Origin: Syntrophales bacterium | Lineage (GTDB): Bacteria > Desulfobacterota > Syntrophia > Syntrophales > PHBD01 | Assembly (NCBI GenBank): GCA_963668175.1 | Contig: OY764159.1 | Coordinates: 1,024,001 to 1,088,000 of the forward strand | Direction: 5' to 3' | Length of the DNA stretch: 64,000 bases | Part shown: positions 56,601 to 64,000 of the stretch, piece by piece | Position numbering within the stretch: the stretch's first letter is position 1 | Layout: every line of letters begins with the position of its first letter | Translations under genes and position numbers: made by a program | The notes under the pieces: generated by a model | Seen by the model: only the letters and a program-made list of their open reading frames with translations | Database searches by the model: none | Told to the model about the DNA's origin: nothing

Positions 56601-58090
56601 AGCAGAACCTGACCCGCGTCGTCGTGGCGTCCTGTTCGCCGCGAACCCACGAAGGGCTTTTCCAGGAGAACTGCGAAAAGGCGGGCCTGAATCCCTACCT
56701 GTTCGAAATGGCGAACATCCGCGATCAGAATTCGTGGGTGCACATGCATGAGCCGGAAGCGGCCACGGAGAAGGCCAAGGACCTCGTCCGGATGGCCGTG
56801 GCCAAGGCCGAGTTTCTCAAACCGCTGAAGCCCGGGCAGCTGACCGTCAACCATGCGGCCATGATCATCGGCGGCGGGTTGGCTGGCATCACGGCGGCCC
56901 TGTCCCTGGCCGACCAGGGGTTCGCCTCCTATATCGTCGAGAAGGAAGCGGCGCTGGGCGGTAACTATGCCAAGCTCCACTACACGCTGGAAGGCATGGA
57001 TACAAAGCAGCACCTGGCCCGTCTAATCGACCGGGTCAAAAAGAACGAGCTGGTTCACGTTTACACCGGTGCGAACATCAAGAAAATCGACGGCTTCATC
57101 GGGAATTACAAGACCACGCTGGAGACCAAAGACGGCGAAGTCCAGTTCGAGCACGGCGTCGTCATCGTGGCGACCGGGGCCTACGAACTGGAGACCAAGG
57201 AGTACCTCTACGGCCAGTCCGACCGGGTCGTTTCCCAGCGCGAGCTGGAGAAGATGATCGCCGAGAAGGACACCAAGCTGGCTCGGACGAAGAGCGTCGT
57301 CATGATCCAGTGCGTCGGGTCGAGGAACTCCGAGCGGCCTTACTGCAGCCGCTACTGCTGTTCCGAGGCCATCAAGAACGCCCTGAAGCTGAAAGAAACT
57401 GACCCGTCCACGGACGTGACCGTCATCTACAGGGACATCCGGACGTACGGTCTGAAAGAGGATTATTACAAAAAGGCGAGGGAACTGAACGTCAAGTTCG
57501 TCCGCTACGACGAAGACCGCAAGCCGGAAGTGAAGGCCGACGGCGCCGGGCTTTCGATCAAGGTTTTCGATCCTGTCCTGAACGAAGCGGTTGAACTGAA
57601 GACGGACCTCCTGGCCTTGAGCGTCGGCACGGTCCCGAATCCAGGCAACGAAGACATCGGCAAGATGCTGAAGGTCCCGACCAACCAGGACGGCTTCTTC
57701 CTGGAAGCCCATGTCAAACTGAGACCGGTCGACTTCGCGACGGACGGCGTGTTTATGTGCGGCATGGCCCATTCGCCGAAAATGAGCGACGAGAGCATCG
57801 TCCAGGCGAACGCGGCCGTTTCGCGGGCCTGTACGATCCTGACGAAGGATTACATCGAGGCGGAAGGCAAGACGGCCTATGTCAACAAGGATCGTTGCGC
57901 GGCCTGCGGGCTTTGCGAGGCCAACTGCCCCTTCAGCGCCATCTCCGTCGACTTCAACGAGCGCTGCGCGGTTGTGAACACGGTCTTGTGCAAGGGATGC
58001 GGTGTCTGTACGGCTTCGTGCCGCATGAATGCCGTCGACCTGAACGGATTCAACAACGAGGAAGTTCTGGCTCAAATCGCGGCACTGTAA
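53657..58090 (+). CDS. hdrA: Large HdrA-like flavoprotein (HdrL type): two HdrA modules with a GltD/NfnB-like NAD(P)H oxidoreductase insert
   Basis: GSGIAG, LDKTFPTNDCSACIL; insert PCKANCP, CGRVCNHPCE, GAGPA, GGGNVAMD, FAGGD; two QCVGSR...CS..CC motifs; ferredoxin CxxCxxC clusters. Confidence 0.9.
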   Translation: MLKVLSDNEKVGAVMVVGSGIAGIQASLDLANSGMKVYLVENGISIGGVMAQLDKTFPTNDCSACILSPKLVEVGRHPNVEILTRRTVEAVEGEPGRFKVKMTKAPRFIDLNKCTGCGDCANACPVEVPSGFNEGLSTRKATYRHFPQAIPSGFAIDKLGTAPCKANCPTHISVQGYVALIAKGQFKEALRLIKKDNPFPIVCGRVCNHPCETACMRGKVDEPIDIMHLKRFVADLDLKAETRYIPEVKEKKNKKVAMVGAGPASLTAAYYLAAEGYDCEVFESLPVAGGWLAVGIPEYRLPKDVLRAEIKVIEDLGVKIHLNTRIGKDIPFDKLKTDFDAVFIGCGTALSSKLDIPGEDMQGVIHGVDYLRRINLGEKVFLGDRVAVIGGGNVAMDAVRTAIRTGSKDVFILYRRSRKEMPASPEEIEEALEEGIKMEFQVAPVRIVGKDGKVTGIECVRMELGEPDASGRRRPIPVKGSEFIVEADAIVPAIGQAADLTFVPKESGIAINKWDNFEVDPVTFAGNVPGVFAGGDVVTGPQTVVKAVYAGKEAAVSIDRYLRGEDMKAGREKDWTKDVADQGDTSCVEKEPRVKYPHLKPEDRRSDFREVGIGFGEAEAVAEANRCLSCGICSECYRCVDVCIAKAVNHDDKYEEETIEVGAVIAAPGFEIFDATLRGEYGLGQYQNVVTSIQFERILSASGPYFGHVQRISDGKEPKKVAFIQCVGSRDTSCDNSWCSSVCCMYATKEAIIGKEHASALEPTIFFMDIRAHGKDFDRFVNRAKNEYGIRYIRSIPSSVKELQQSKNLLMKYVKEDGTIVEEEFEMVVLSVGLTPPKEAVKLAGALGVELEEHGFCKTSLENPVETSRGGVFVCGAFGGPKDIPETVMEASSAAACAEGLLSSRRGTMICEPDIPLENDIRGIGPRTGVFVCHCGINIGGVVDVPAVTEYAKSLPNVVFTMDNLFTCSQDTAVKMGEVIKEQNLTRVVVASCSPRTHEGLFQENCEKAGLNPYLFEMANIRDQNSWVHMHEPEAATEKAKDLVRMAVAKAEFLKPLKPGQLTVNHAAMIIGGGLAGITAALSLADQGFASYIVEKEAALGGNYAKLHYTLEGMDTKQHLARLIDRVKKNELVHVYTGANIKKIDGFIGNYKTTLETKDGEVQFEHGVVIVATGAYELETKEYLYGQSDRVVSQRELEKMIAEKDTKLARTKSVVMIQCVGSRNSERPYCSRYCCSEAIKNALKLKETDPSTDVTVIYRDIRTYGLKEDYYKKARELNVKFVRYDEDRKPEVKADGAGLSIKVFDPVLNEAVELKTDLLALSVGTVPNPGNEDIGKMLKVPTNQDGFFLEAHVKLRPVDFATDGVFMCGMAHSPKMSDESIVQANAAVSRACTILTKDYIEAEGKTAYVNKDRCAACGLCEANCPFSAISVDFNERCAVVNTVLCKGCGVCTASCRMNAVDLNGFNNEEVLAQIAAL

Positions 58091-58122
58091 TCGTAGATCA
58101 TAGATAATGGATTGGAGTTCAT

Positions 58123-58563
58123 ATGGGTGAGAATAAGACAACGGGAGACTGGGAACCTAAGATCATAGCCATCGTGTGCAACTGGTGCACTTATGCCGGA
58201 GCGGATCTGGCCGGGATAAGCAGGATTCAGTATCCGCCTAACGTGAGGATCATCAGGGTTCCTTGTACGGGCCGCATCAACCCCTTTTATGTCGTGAAGG
58301 CCCTGCAGGAAGGGGCCGACGGCGTGCTGGTTTCGGGCTGTCATCCGGGCGAGTGCCACTACCTGACGGGCAACCTGGCCGCCAGAAGAAAATTCGCGAT
58401 GCTGAAGAATTTCCTGAACTACATCGGCATCGAGGGCGACCGGACGATGTTCACCTGGGTGTCGGCGTCGGAGGGCGATCGTTTCGCCCAGGTCATCAAG
58501 GGCGTAACAGCCGCGGTGAAGAAATTGGGGCCTGCCGAGAAACTGGTGAAGAAGATCGCATAA
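58123..58563 (+). CDS. MvhD/FlxD-type [2Fe-2S] subunit
   Basis: CNWCTYAGAD, VPCTGR, GCHPGECHY, WVSASEG. Confidence 0.92.
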   Translation: MGENKTTGDWEPKIIAIVCNWCTYAGADLAGISRIQYPPNVRIIRVPCTGRINPFYVVKALQEGADGVLVSGCHPGECHYLTGNLAARRKFAMLKNFLNYIGIEGDRTMFTWVSASEGDRFAQVIKGVTAAVKKLGPAEKLVKKIA

Positions 58564-58591
58564 CCAATAAACTCATGAGGAATGATTAGCT

Positions 58592-59602
58592 GTGGAAAAT
58601 ATCGATAAAAAGCTGCAGGAAGAGGTCCGGAGACTGCTGGACGAAAAGAAGGTCGACGTCGTTGTCGGATATGAGCAGGGCACACTGCCGCTGACGGCCA
58701 CGCCCTGTTTTATAACCGCTTCTGCGGATGCGGATAAACTGGTCTGGAATGCCTTCTGCACACAAAATCTTGCCAAGTACGTTCACGATCTCATCTCACA
58801 GCACCGGGACTCTCAGAAGAGAGTGAAACCTGAGGACAGGAAAAAGAAGGTCGTCGGCGTCGTCGCCCGCGGCTGTGCGACACGCTCCATCGTCATCCAT
58901 CTTCAGGAGAAGCAGTACGACCGGGAAGATGTGGTCATCATCGGCGTTCCCTGTACGGGTTATGTCGACAAGACCAAGGTTGCCGCCAAACTGAACGGCG
59001 AAGAGGTCCTCGGCGGATCGCTGGAAGGCGACGAGCTCTCCGTCAAGACGGCCGGCGGCGACAAGAAAATGTCCTTGAAAGAAGTTCTGGCGAACAACTG
59101 CCTCACCTGCCGTTTCAACAACCCCGTTATCTCCGACATGATGATCGGCGCCGCCGCCCCGGCAATGGACGCCGACCGCGAGTATGCGGACGTGCAGGCC
59201 ATGGAGAAGCTTTCCGTCGAGGAGCGCTGGGCCTACTTCAAGAAGGAGATGGCCAAATGCATGCGCTGTTACGCCTGCCGCCAGGCCTGTCCTTCCTGCT
59301 ACTGCAAAGTCTGCTTCCAGGAACAAAGCCAGCCGCAATGGGTCGGTGTCGGCGAAGACCAGACGGATACGCAGGTCTTCCAAATGATGAGAATATTTCA
59401 CATGGTCGGACGCTGCGTCGATTGCGGGTCCTGCAACGATGTCTGCCCGATGGGCGTCAACCTGAGAATGTTCCTGAAGAAACTCGACAAGGACGCCTTC
59501 ATAATGTTCGACAGCCGGACCGGCGTTTCTCTGGACGAGCCGCCGCCGCTTTCCACGTACAAGGAGCACGAGAAAAGCGAGGACTTTATTTTTAATCCCT
59601 GA
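58592..59602 (+). CDS. 4Fe-4S protein, FlxC-like
   Basis: CMRCYACRQACPSCYC and GRCVDCGSCNDVCP; follows the MvhD-like gene; GTG start. Confidence 0.78.
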   Translation: MENIDKKLQEEVRRLLDEKKVDVVVGYEQGTLPLTATPCFITASADADKLVWNAFCTQNLAKYVHDLISQHRDSQKRVKPEDRKKKVVGVVARGCATRSIVIHLQEKQYDREDVVIIGVPCTGYVDKTKVAAKLNGEEVLGGSLEGDELSVKTAGGDKKMSLKEVLANNCLTCRFNNPVISDMMIGAAAPAMDADREYADVQAMEKLSVEERWAYFKKEMAKCMRCYACRQACPSCYCKVCFQEQSQPQWVGVGEDQTDTQVFQMMRIFHMVGRCVDCGSCNDVCPMGVNLRMFLKKLDKDAFIMFDSRTGVSLDEPPPLSTYKEHEKSEDFIFNP

Positions 59603-59697
59603 TTTACAGAGGGTTTCGCAACTGCGAATAACATATTAGTTCAATCTTACGGCAGCCGGCCGCCAGCGAAAAACGGCCGCAGCCGAATGGAGACCGC

Positions 59698-60225
59698 ATG
59701 AATACCTTTCTTGAAGAAGTAAACAGTCAAATCAACGGCGTTCCCATCCAGCGATGCTACCATTGCCGGAAATGTACGGCCGGATGCCCCCTGGCCTCCG
59801 TGATGGAGTACAACCCCAACAAGGTCATCAAGATGATCCAGATGGGCAAGCGCAGCGAAGTCCTGAACAGTTCGACCATCTGGCTTTGCGCCTCCTGTGA
59901 GACCTGCATTACCCGCTGCCCGAACCAGGTGGATATCGCCCGCATGATGGATGTCCTCCGGGAGATGGCCATTGCTTCGGGCGTTGGGGCCAAAGAGAAG
60001 AACATCCTCAAGTTCCACGAATCGTTCCTCTCCAACATCAAGCTGGGCGGCCGCATCAACGAACCGACCATGATGGTCCAGTATAAGCTCAAATCGGGAG
60101 ATCTCTTTTCCGATATGGGGATGGGCATCAACATGTTCCTCAAGGGCAAGCTGGCCCTCATCTCCCCTAAGACGAAAAATATCGACGCCGTAAGAAAGAT
60201 TTTTGAAAAAACGAAGCATGCGTGA
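59698..60225 (+). CDS. hdrC: Heterodisulfide reductase subunit C-like
   Basis: CYHCRKCTAGCP and WLCASCETCITRCP. Confidence 0.9.
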   Translation: MNTFLEEVNSQINGVPIQRCYHCRKCTAGCPLASVMEYNPNKVIKMIQMGKRSEVLNSSTIWLCASCETCITRCPNQVDIARMMDVLREMAIASGVGAKEKNILKFHESFLSNIKLGGRINEPTMMVQYKLKSGDLFSDMGMGINMFLKGKLALISPKTKNIDAVRKIFEKTKHA

Positions 60226-60248
60226 AGCGTAAACGAAGGAGGCCATAG

Positions 60249-61100
60249 TTGAAAGTTCAATATTATCCAGGATGTTCCCTTCATGGTACGGCCAAGGAAT
60301 ACGACCAGTCGATGAAGGCGGTCAGTCGCGCCCTGGGGATCGAGTTACAGGAAGTCGAGGATTGGTCTTGTTGCGGCGCCACATCGGCCCATGCCACGAA
60401 TTACAAGCTGTCAGTCGCGCTGCCGGCACGCAACCTGATGCTGGCGGAAAAGGCCGCCGCGAAGGATGTCATGGTTCCCTGCGCCGCCTGCTTTAATCGC
60501 TTCAAGTCCGCCCAGCACCATCTCGCTCACGATCAGGCGTTGAAAGCGGAGGTGGAGGGCATCGTCGGCGGCAAGTACAAGGGCGAACTGTCCATCAAGA
60601 ACCCGATCGATATCATTTACGGCAATATCGGCCTCGACGCCCTCGCGGCCAAGGTCGTGAAGCCGCTCGCGGGGATCAAGGCCGCTTCCTATTACGGCTG
60701 CCTGCTCCTGCGTCCGCCGGAAGTATGCGAATTCGACGACTACGAGAATCCCATGATGCTCGACGGGATTCTGAAGGCGATAGGCGCGGAAGCCCGGCCC
60801 TGGTCCTACAAGACCGACTGCTGCGGCGGAAGCCTTACAATCAGCAAGACATCCATCGTGGTCTCCATGGTGGACAAACTGATGACCATGGCCCGGGAAG
60901 CGGGCGCAAACTGTATTGTGACGGCGTGTCCCGTTTGTATGGCCAATCTGGATATGAGGGCAAGCAGCCACCTCAAGCTTCCGGTCTTCTATTTTACGGA
61001 GCTTCTCGCACTCGCTATGGGATTGCAGGGGCCCGCGGACTGGTTCAAGCTGCACAACGTCGATCCGACGCCGCTCGTCGGCAGCCTGCAGCTTATGTAA
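60249..61100 (+). CDS. hdrB: Heterodisulfide reductase subunit B-like
   Basis: YYPGC, two CCG motifs, PCAAC, YYGC, ACPVC; TTG start. Confidence 0.92.
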   Translation: MKVQYYPGCSLHGTAKEYDQSMKAVSRALGIELQEVEDWSCCGATSAHATNYKLSVALPARNLMLAEKAAAKDVMVPCAACFNRFKSAQHHLAHDQALKAEVEGIVGGKYKGELSIKNPIDIIYGNIGLDALAAKVVKPLAGIKAASYYGCLLLRPPEVCEFDDYENPMMLDGILKAIGAEARPWSYKTDCCGGSLTISKTSIVVSMVDKLMTMAREAGANCIVTACPVCMANLDMRASSHLKLPVFYFTELLALAMGLQGPADWFKLHNVDPTPLVGSLQLM

Positions 61101-61175
61101 TATGACCGAGGATGAAAGGCGCTGCCGGTACAGGCAGACCATGATCCACAATAACCTATCAGAATAAGGCAGACT

Positions 61176-62198
61176 ATGGAAAAGAGGTTAATCAAGAAAG
61201 ACGCGCTTACCGGGCTGGTGAAGAAAATTGCCGAAAGGATGCCTGTCTATGCGCCGGTCAAGGTCGAGGATAATATTCTGTTCAAGGCGCTGGAAAAGGG
61301 AGACGAGCCCCTGGCCGCCTTCGCCAACAGCAAGAACGCGCCGAAGAATTTCTTCTTCCCCCATACGGAAGTCATGATGCGTTATACCCGGACCGCCAAG
61401 GGTTCGGAGTTTTCCGGCGGTGCGACGGAGGCCGAAGAGAGGGTGCTGTTCGGCGTCCGGCCCTGCGATGCCCGGAGCTTCATTCTTCTGGACAAGCTTT
61501 TCGATCAGGAGAAGTACAGGGACACGTTCTATATCGACAAGAGAAACAAGACGACGATCGTTGCGATCGCCTGCGCCCATCCCCCGTATTCGACGTGCTT
61601 CTGTACGTCCGTCGGCGGCAATCCGACCTCTGCGGATGGTGCGGACGTACTCCTGACAGATCTGGGCGACCAGTATCTCGTAGAGTTTATAACGCCGAAG
61701 GGCGAAAAATATATCAAGGATTTCGGGGACGCCAAGGCCGACGAAGCTGCGGAGAAGAAAAAGGCCGCCATCGCCGCCCAGGCGGAAGGTGAGATCAAGT
61801 CCCGCATTCCGGCCAAGGAGATCAAGCCGATCCTCGATGCCAATTTTGAGCATCCCTTCTGGGGGACCATCCACCAGAGGTGCCTGGCCTGCGGTACATG
61901 CACCTACCTGTGTCCGACATGCCACTGCTTCGACATCAGCGATGAAGTCAAGCATGAGGACGGCAGGCGCCTTCGCAATTGGGACTCCTGCATGTACCCG
62001 CTCTTTACGCTGGAAACGTCGGGGCACAACCCCCGGCCCACCCAGAAAGAGCGGTGGCGCCAGCGGGCGATGCACAAATTCCGTTATTTTGTGGATAATT
62101 TTGAGGCCATTGCATGCGTAGGCTGCGGAAGATGCGTCATGTACTGCCCTGTCAATATTGATATCAGAAAAATCGTCGAGGATATTTCGAAACTATAG
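61176..62198 (+). CDS. 4Fe-4S protein, FlxB / AsrA / HydB-like
   Basis: GVRPCD, CFC, CLACGTCTYLCPTCHCF, WDSC, CVGCGRCVMYCP. Confidence 0.85.
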   Translation: MEKRLIKKDALTGLVKKIAERMPVYAPVKVEDNILFKALEKGDEPLAAFANSKNAPKNFFFPHTEVMMRYTRTAKGSEFSGGATEAEERVLFGVRPCDARSFILLDKLFDQEKYRDTFYIDKRNKTTIVAIACAHPPYSTCFCTSVGGNPTSADGADVLLTDLGDQYLVEFITPKGEKYIKDFGDAKADEAAEKKKAAIAAQAEGEIKSRIPAKEIKPILDANFEHPFWGTIHQRCLACGTCTYLCPTCHCFDISDEVKHEDGRRLRNWDSCMYPLFTLETSGHNPRPTQKERWRQRAMHKFRYFVDNFEAIACVGCGRCVMYCPVNIDIRKIVEDISKL

Positions 62199-62212
62199 CG
62201 TGGGAGAGTGTC

Positions 62213-63052
62213 ATGCAGAATCCATATGTACCCATTCCCGTTGAGGTAGCCAAAATCATTACGGAGGTCGACAGTAAGGACATCAAGACCTTCCGTTTTG
62301 CCTTCGTCAACAAGGAAGATGAAGAGAAGTTTAAATACATTCCCGGACAGTTCGGGGAGCTTTCCATATTCGGCAAGGGCGAGTCGCCGATCGGCATAGC
62401 CTCCTCCCCGACGCAGAAGGGCTACGTTGAGTTTACCGTCCAGCGGGCGGGCGTCGTGACGACGGCCCTGCACAGCATGGAAGAAGGAACGCGGATGGGT
62501 ATCCGGGGACCGTTGGGCAATTCCTGGCCCATCGAGTTTCTGGAAGGCAAGAATATCGTGATCGTCGGCGGCGGTTTTGCCTTCACGACGCTGCGCTCCC
62601 TGATCAACTATATGATCCACGAGAGCAACCGTTCCCGCTTCGGCAAGATCACCGTCGTGTACGGTGCCAGGACCCCCGGACTCCTGCTCTACAAGGACGA
62701 ATTGATCGAATGGGAAAAACGGGGCGATATCAATCTGAACGTTACGGTGGACAAAGGGGACGCGACCTGGAAAGGCCGGGAAGGGTTTGTGCCGGCCGTT
62801 TGCAAGGAAGTGGCACCCAGTTCGGACAATGCGGTGGCCCTGATCTGCGGTCCGCCCATTATGATCCGCTTCACCCTGCCCGTCTTTTTCGAGCTGAACT
62901 TCTCGAAGGATAATATCATAACGTCCTTGGAAATGAGGATGAAATGTGGTATTGGTAAGTGCGGACGTTGCAACGTGGGGAGCAAATACGTCTGCAAGGA
63001 CGGGCCGGTATTTTCACTTGCTGAGCTTGATCAACTGACCAAAGAATACTGA
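62213..63052 (+). CDS. FAD/NAD-binding [2Fe-2S] protein, FlxA / AsrB / HydG-like
   Basis: PGQF, RGPLGN, CGPPIM, MKCGIGKCGRC, CKDGPVF. Confidence 0.88.
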   Translation: MQNPYVPIPVEVAKIITEVDSKDIKTFRFAFVNKEDEEKFKYIPGQFGELSIFGKGESPIGIASSPTQKGYVEFTVQRAGVVTTALHSMEEGTRMGIRGPLGNSWPIEFLEGKNIVIVGGGFAFTTLRSLINYMIHESNRSRFGKITVVYGARTPGLLLYKDELIEWEKRGDINLNVTVDKGDATWKGREGFVPAVCKEVAPSSDNAVALICGPPIMIRFTLPVFFELNFSKDNIITSLEMRMKCGIGKCGRCNVGSKYVCKDGPVFSLAELDQLTKEY

Positions 63053-63092
63053 TTCACTAAAAACCGTCAAACCGCGATAAAAAAGCTGGAGG

Positions 63093-63127
63093 AAGGGGAG
63101 CCGCCAAGTGGGCTCCCTTGTTTTTTT
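63093..63127 (+). terminator. Intrinsic terminator after the hdr-flx operon
   Basis: AGGGGAGCC-GCCAAGTG-GGCTCCCTT-GTTTTTTT. Confidence 0.75.
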
Positions 63128-63159
63128 ACACCCCCCTCTGCCAAAAGGAGATGGAAGCT

Positions 63160-63996
63160 TTGAACAAAATCATAGAGAAACAGAATATTTCGGAGAGTGT
63201 CGTCCGGATGGTTCTCGAAGTTCCGGACGTCGCCCGGAAAAGGAAGGCCGGCCAATTCATTATTCTGAAGCTCGACGAGAAGGGCGAGAGGATACCGCTC
63301 ACCATCGTCGATTCGGATGCGGAAAAAGGCACGATCACGATCATCTTTCAAATCGTCGGCAAGACGACGGCCGTCCTGGGGTCATTGAATCCGGGAGACA
63401 GCCTTCAGGACGTCCAGGGACCCCTGGGGAACCCGACGGAAATTGAAAACTTCGGGCACGTCGTCTGCGTCGGCGGCGGCGTCGGCGTCGGCGTCGTCTA
63501 TCCCCTGGCGGTGGCCCTGAAAAAAGCCGGCAACAAGGTGACGTCCATCATCGGCTCGCGAACAAAGGAGCTGATCATCCTGGAAGACGAAATGAGCAAG
63601 GTCAGCGACCGCCTTCTCGTCGCCACCGACGACGGTTCCTACGGTTTCCACGGGTTCGTGAGCGCCGTTCTCCAGAATCTCATAGACGCCGGGGAGAAGA
63701 TCGATCACGTCTTCGCCATCGGTCCCGTACCGATGATGAAAGTGATCAGCAACGTCACGAGGCCTTACGGCATCAAGACGACGGTCAGCCTGAATTCCAT
63801 CATGGTTGACGCCACGGGGATGTGCGGCGCCTGCCGGGTTTCCGTGGGGGGTGAAACGAAATTCACCTGTGTTGACGGCCCGGAGTTCGACGGTCACAAG
63901 GTCGATTTTGATTTATTATCGAGCCGCCTGAAGATGTACTGTGATGTTGAAAAACAGGCGTTTGAACTGCATAGGTGCGGATGCGATGGAAACTGA
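63160..63996 (+). CDS. nfnA: NfnA-like FAD/NAD-binding subunit (sulfide dehydrogenase beta / PyrK-like)
   Basis: AGQFII, GERIPLTI, GPLG, TDDGSYG, GPVPMM, MVDATGMCGACR, CVDGPEFD. TTG 63160 fits the AGGAG SD. Confidence 0.85.
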   Translation: MNKIIEKQNISESVVRMVLEVPDVARKRKAGQFIILKLDEKGERIPLTIVDSDAEKGTITIIFQIVGKTTAVLGSLNPGDSLQDVQGPLGNPTEIENFGHVVCVGGGVGVGVVYPLAVALKKAGNKVTSIIGSRTKELIILEDEMSKVSDRLLVATDDGSYGFHGFVSAVLQNLIDAGEKIDHVFAIGPVPMMKVISNVTRPYGIKTTVSLNSIMVDATGMCGACRVSVGGETKFTCVDGPEFDGHKVDFDLLSSRLKMYCDVEKQAFELHRCGCDGN

Positions 63997-64000
63997 AAAG
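63986..64000 (+). CDS. Possible start of the next gene (METEK...), expected to be NfnB/GltD-like; truncated by window edge
   Basis: ATG overlapping the nfnA end. Identity inferred only from usual nfnAB synteny. Confidence 0.3.

Noticed and set aside
53903..57013. 1036-aa antisense ORF opposite hdrA
   Set aside because: Same shadow-ORF effect.
53657..58563. Possible selenocysteine recoding in HdrA or MvhD/FlxD
   Set aside because: The positions that can be Sec in homologues (DCSAC, CNWC, GECHY) are Cys codons and the ORFs have no in-frame TGA.

Overview
Core-genome window from an anaerobic, GC-rich bacterium. Gene content and protein style suggest a Desulfobacterota/deltaproteobacterium, possibly Syntrophales-like (inference). 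1-6.5 kb: a partial flavodoxin-fold gene, tonB, then tadA-tRNA-Ser(CGA)-tRNA-Ser(GGA)-ffs-dnaX-ybaB-recR and a two-subunit Fe-S fumarate hydratase. 6.7-36 kb: the transcription/translation superoperon (tRNA-Thr/Tyr/Gly/Thr, rpmG, tRNA-Trp, secE, nusG, rplKAJL, rpoBC, str, S10, spc, alpha). It lacks fusA between rpsG and tuf, lacks the tuf copy after the tRNA cluster, and lacks adk. 36-53 kb: a small beta-barrel protein, a class II-like cyclic-nucleotide phosphodiesterase, folC, a 1456-aa TPR-LptD fusion, rplM-rpsI, argC, a PilZ protein, a thioredoxin-like protein, a CDF exporter, a hybrid kinase, trxA, a VanZ-domain protein and tRNA-Cys/Gly. 53.6-64 kb: an HdrA(L)-FlxD-FlxC-HdrC-HdrB-FlxB-FlxA cluster followed by nfnA. 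I saw no CRISPR array, integrase or transposase. Best leads: an E. coli-type -1 frameshift signal in dnaX (A AAA AAG, then GGA TAA in the -1 frame), an EF-Tu with two normally conserved aminoacyl-pocket residues changed (E215G, N273D, E. coli numbering) in a fusA-less str operon, and the TPR-extended LptD. All calls come from reading the sequence by eye; no searches were run.
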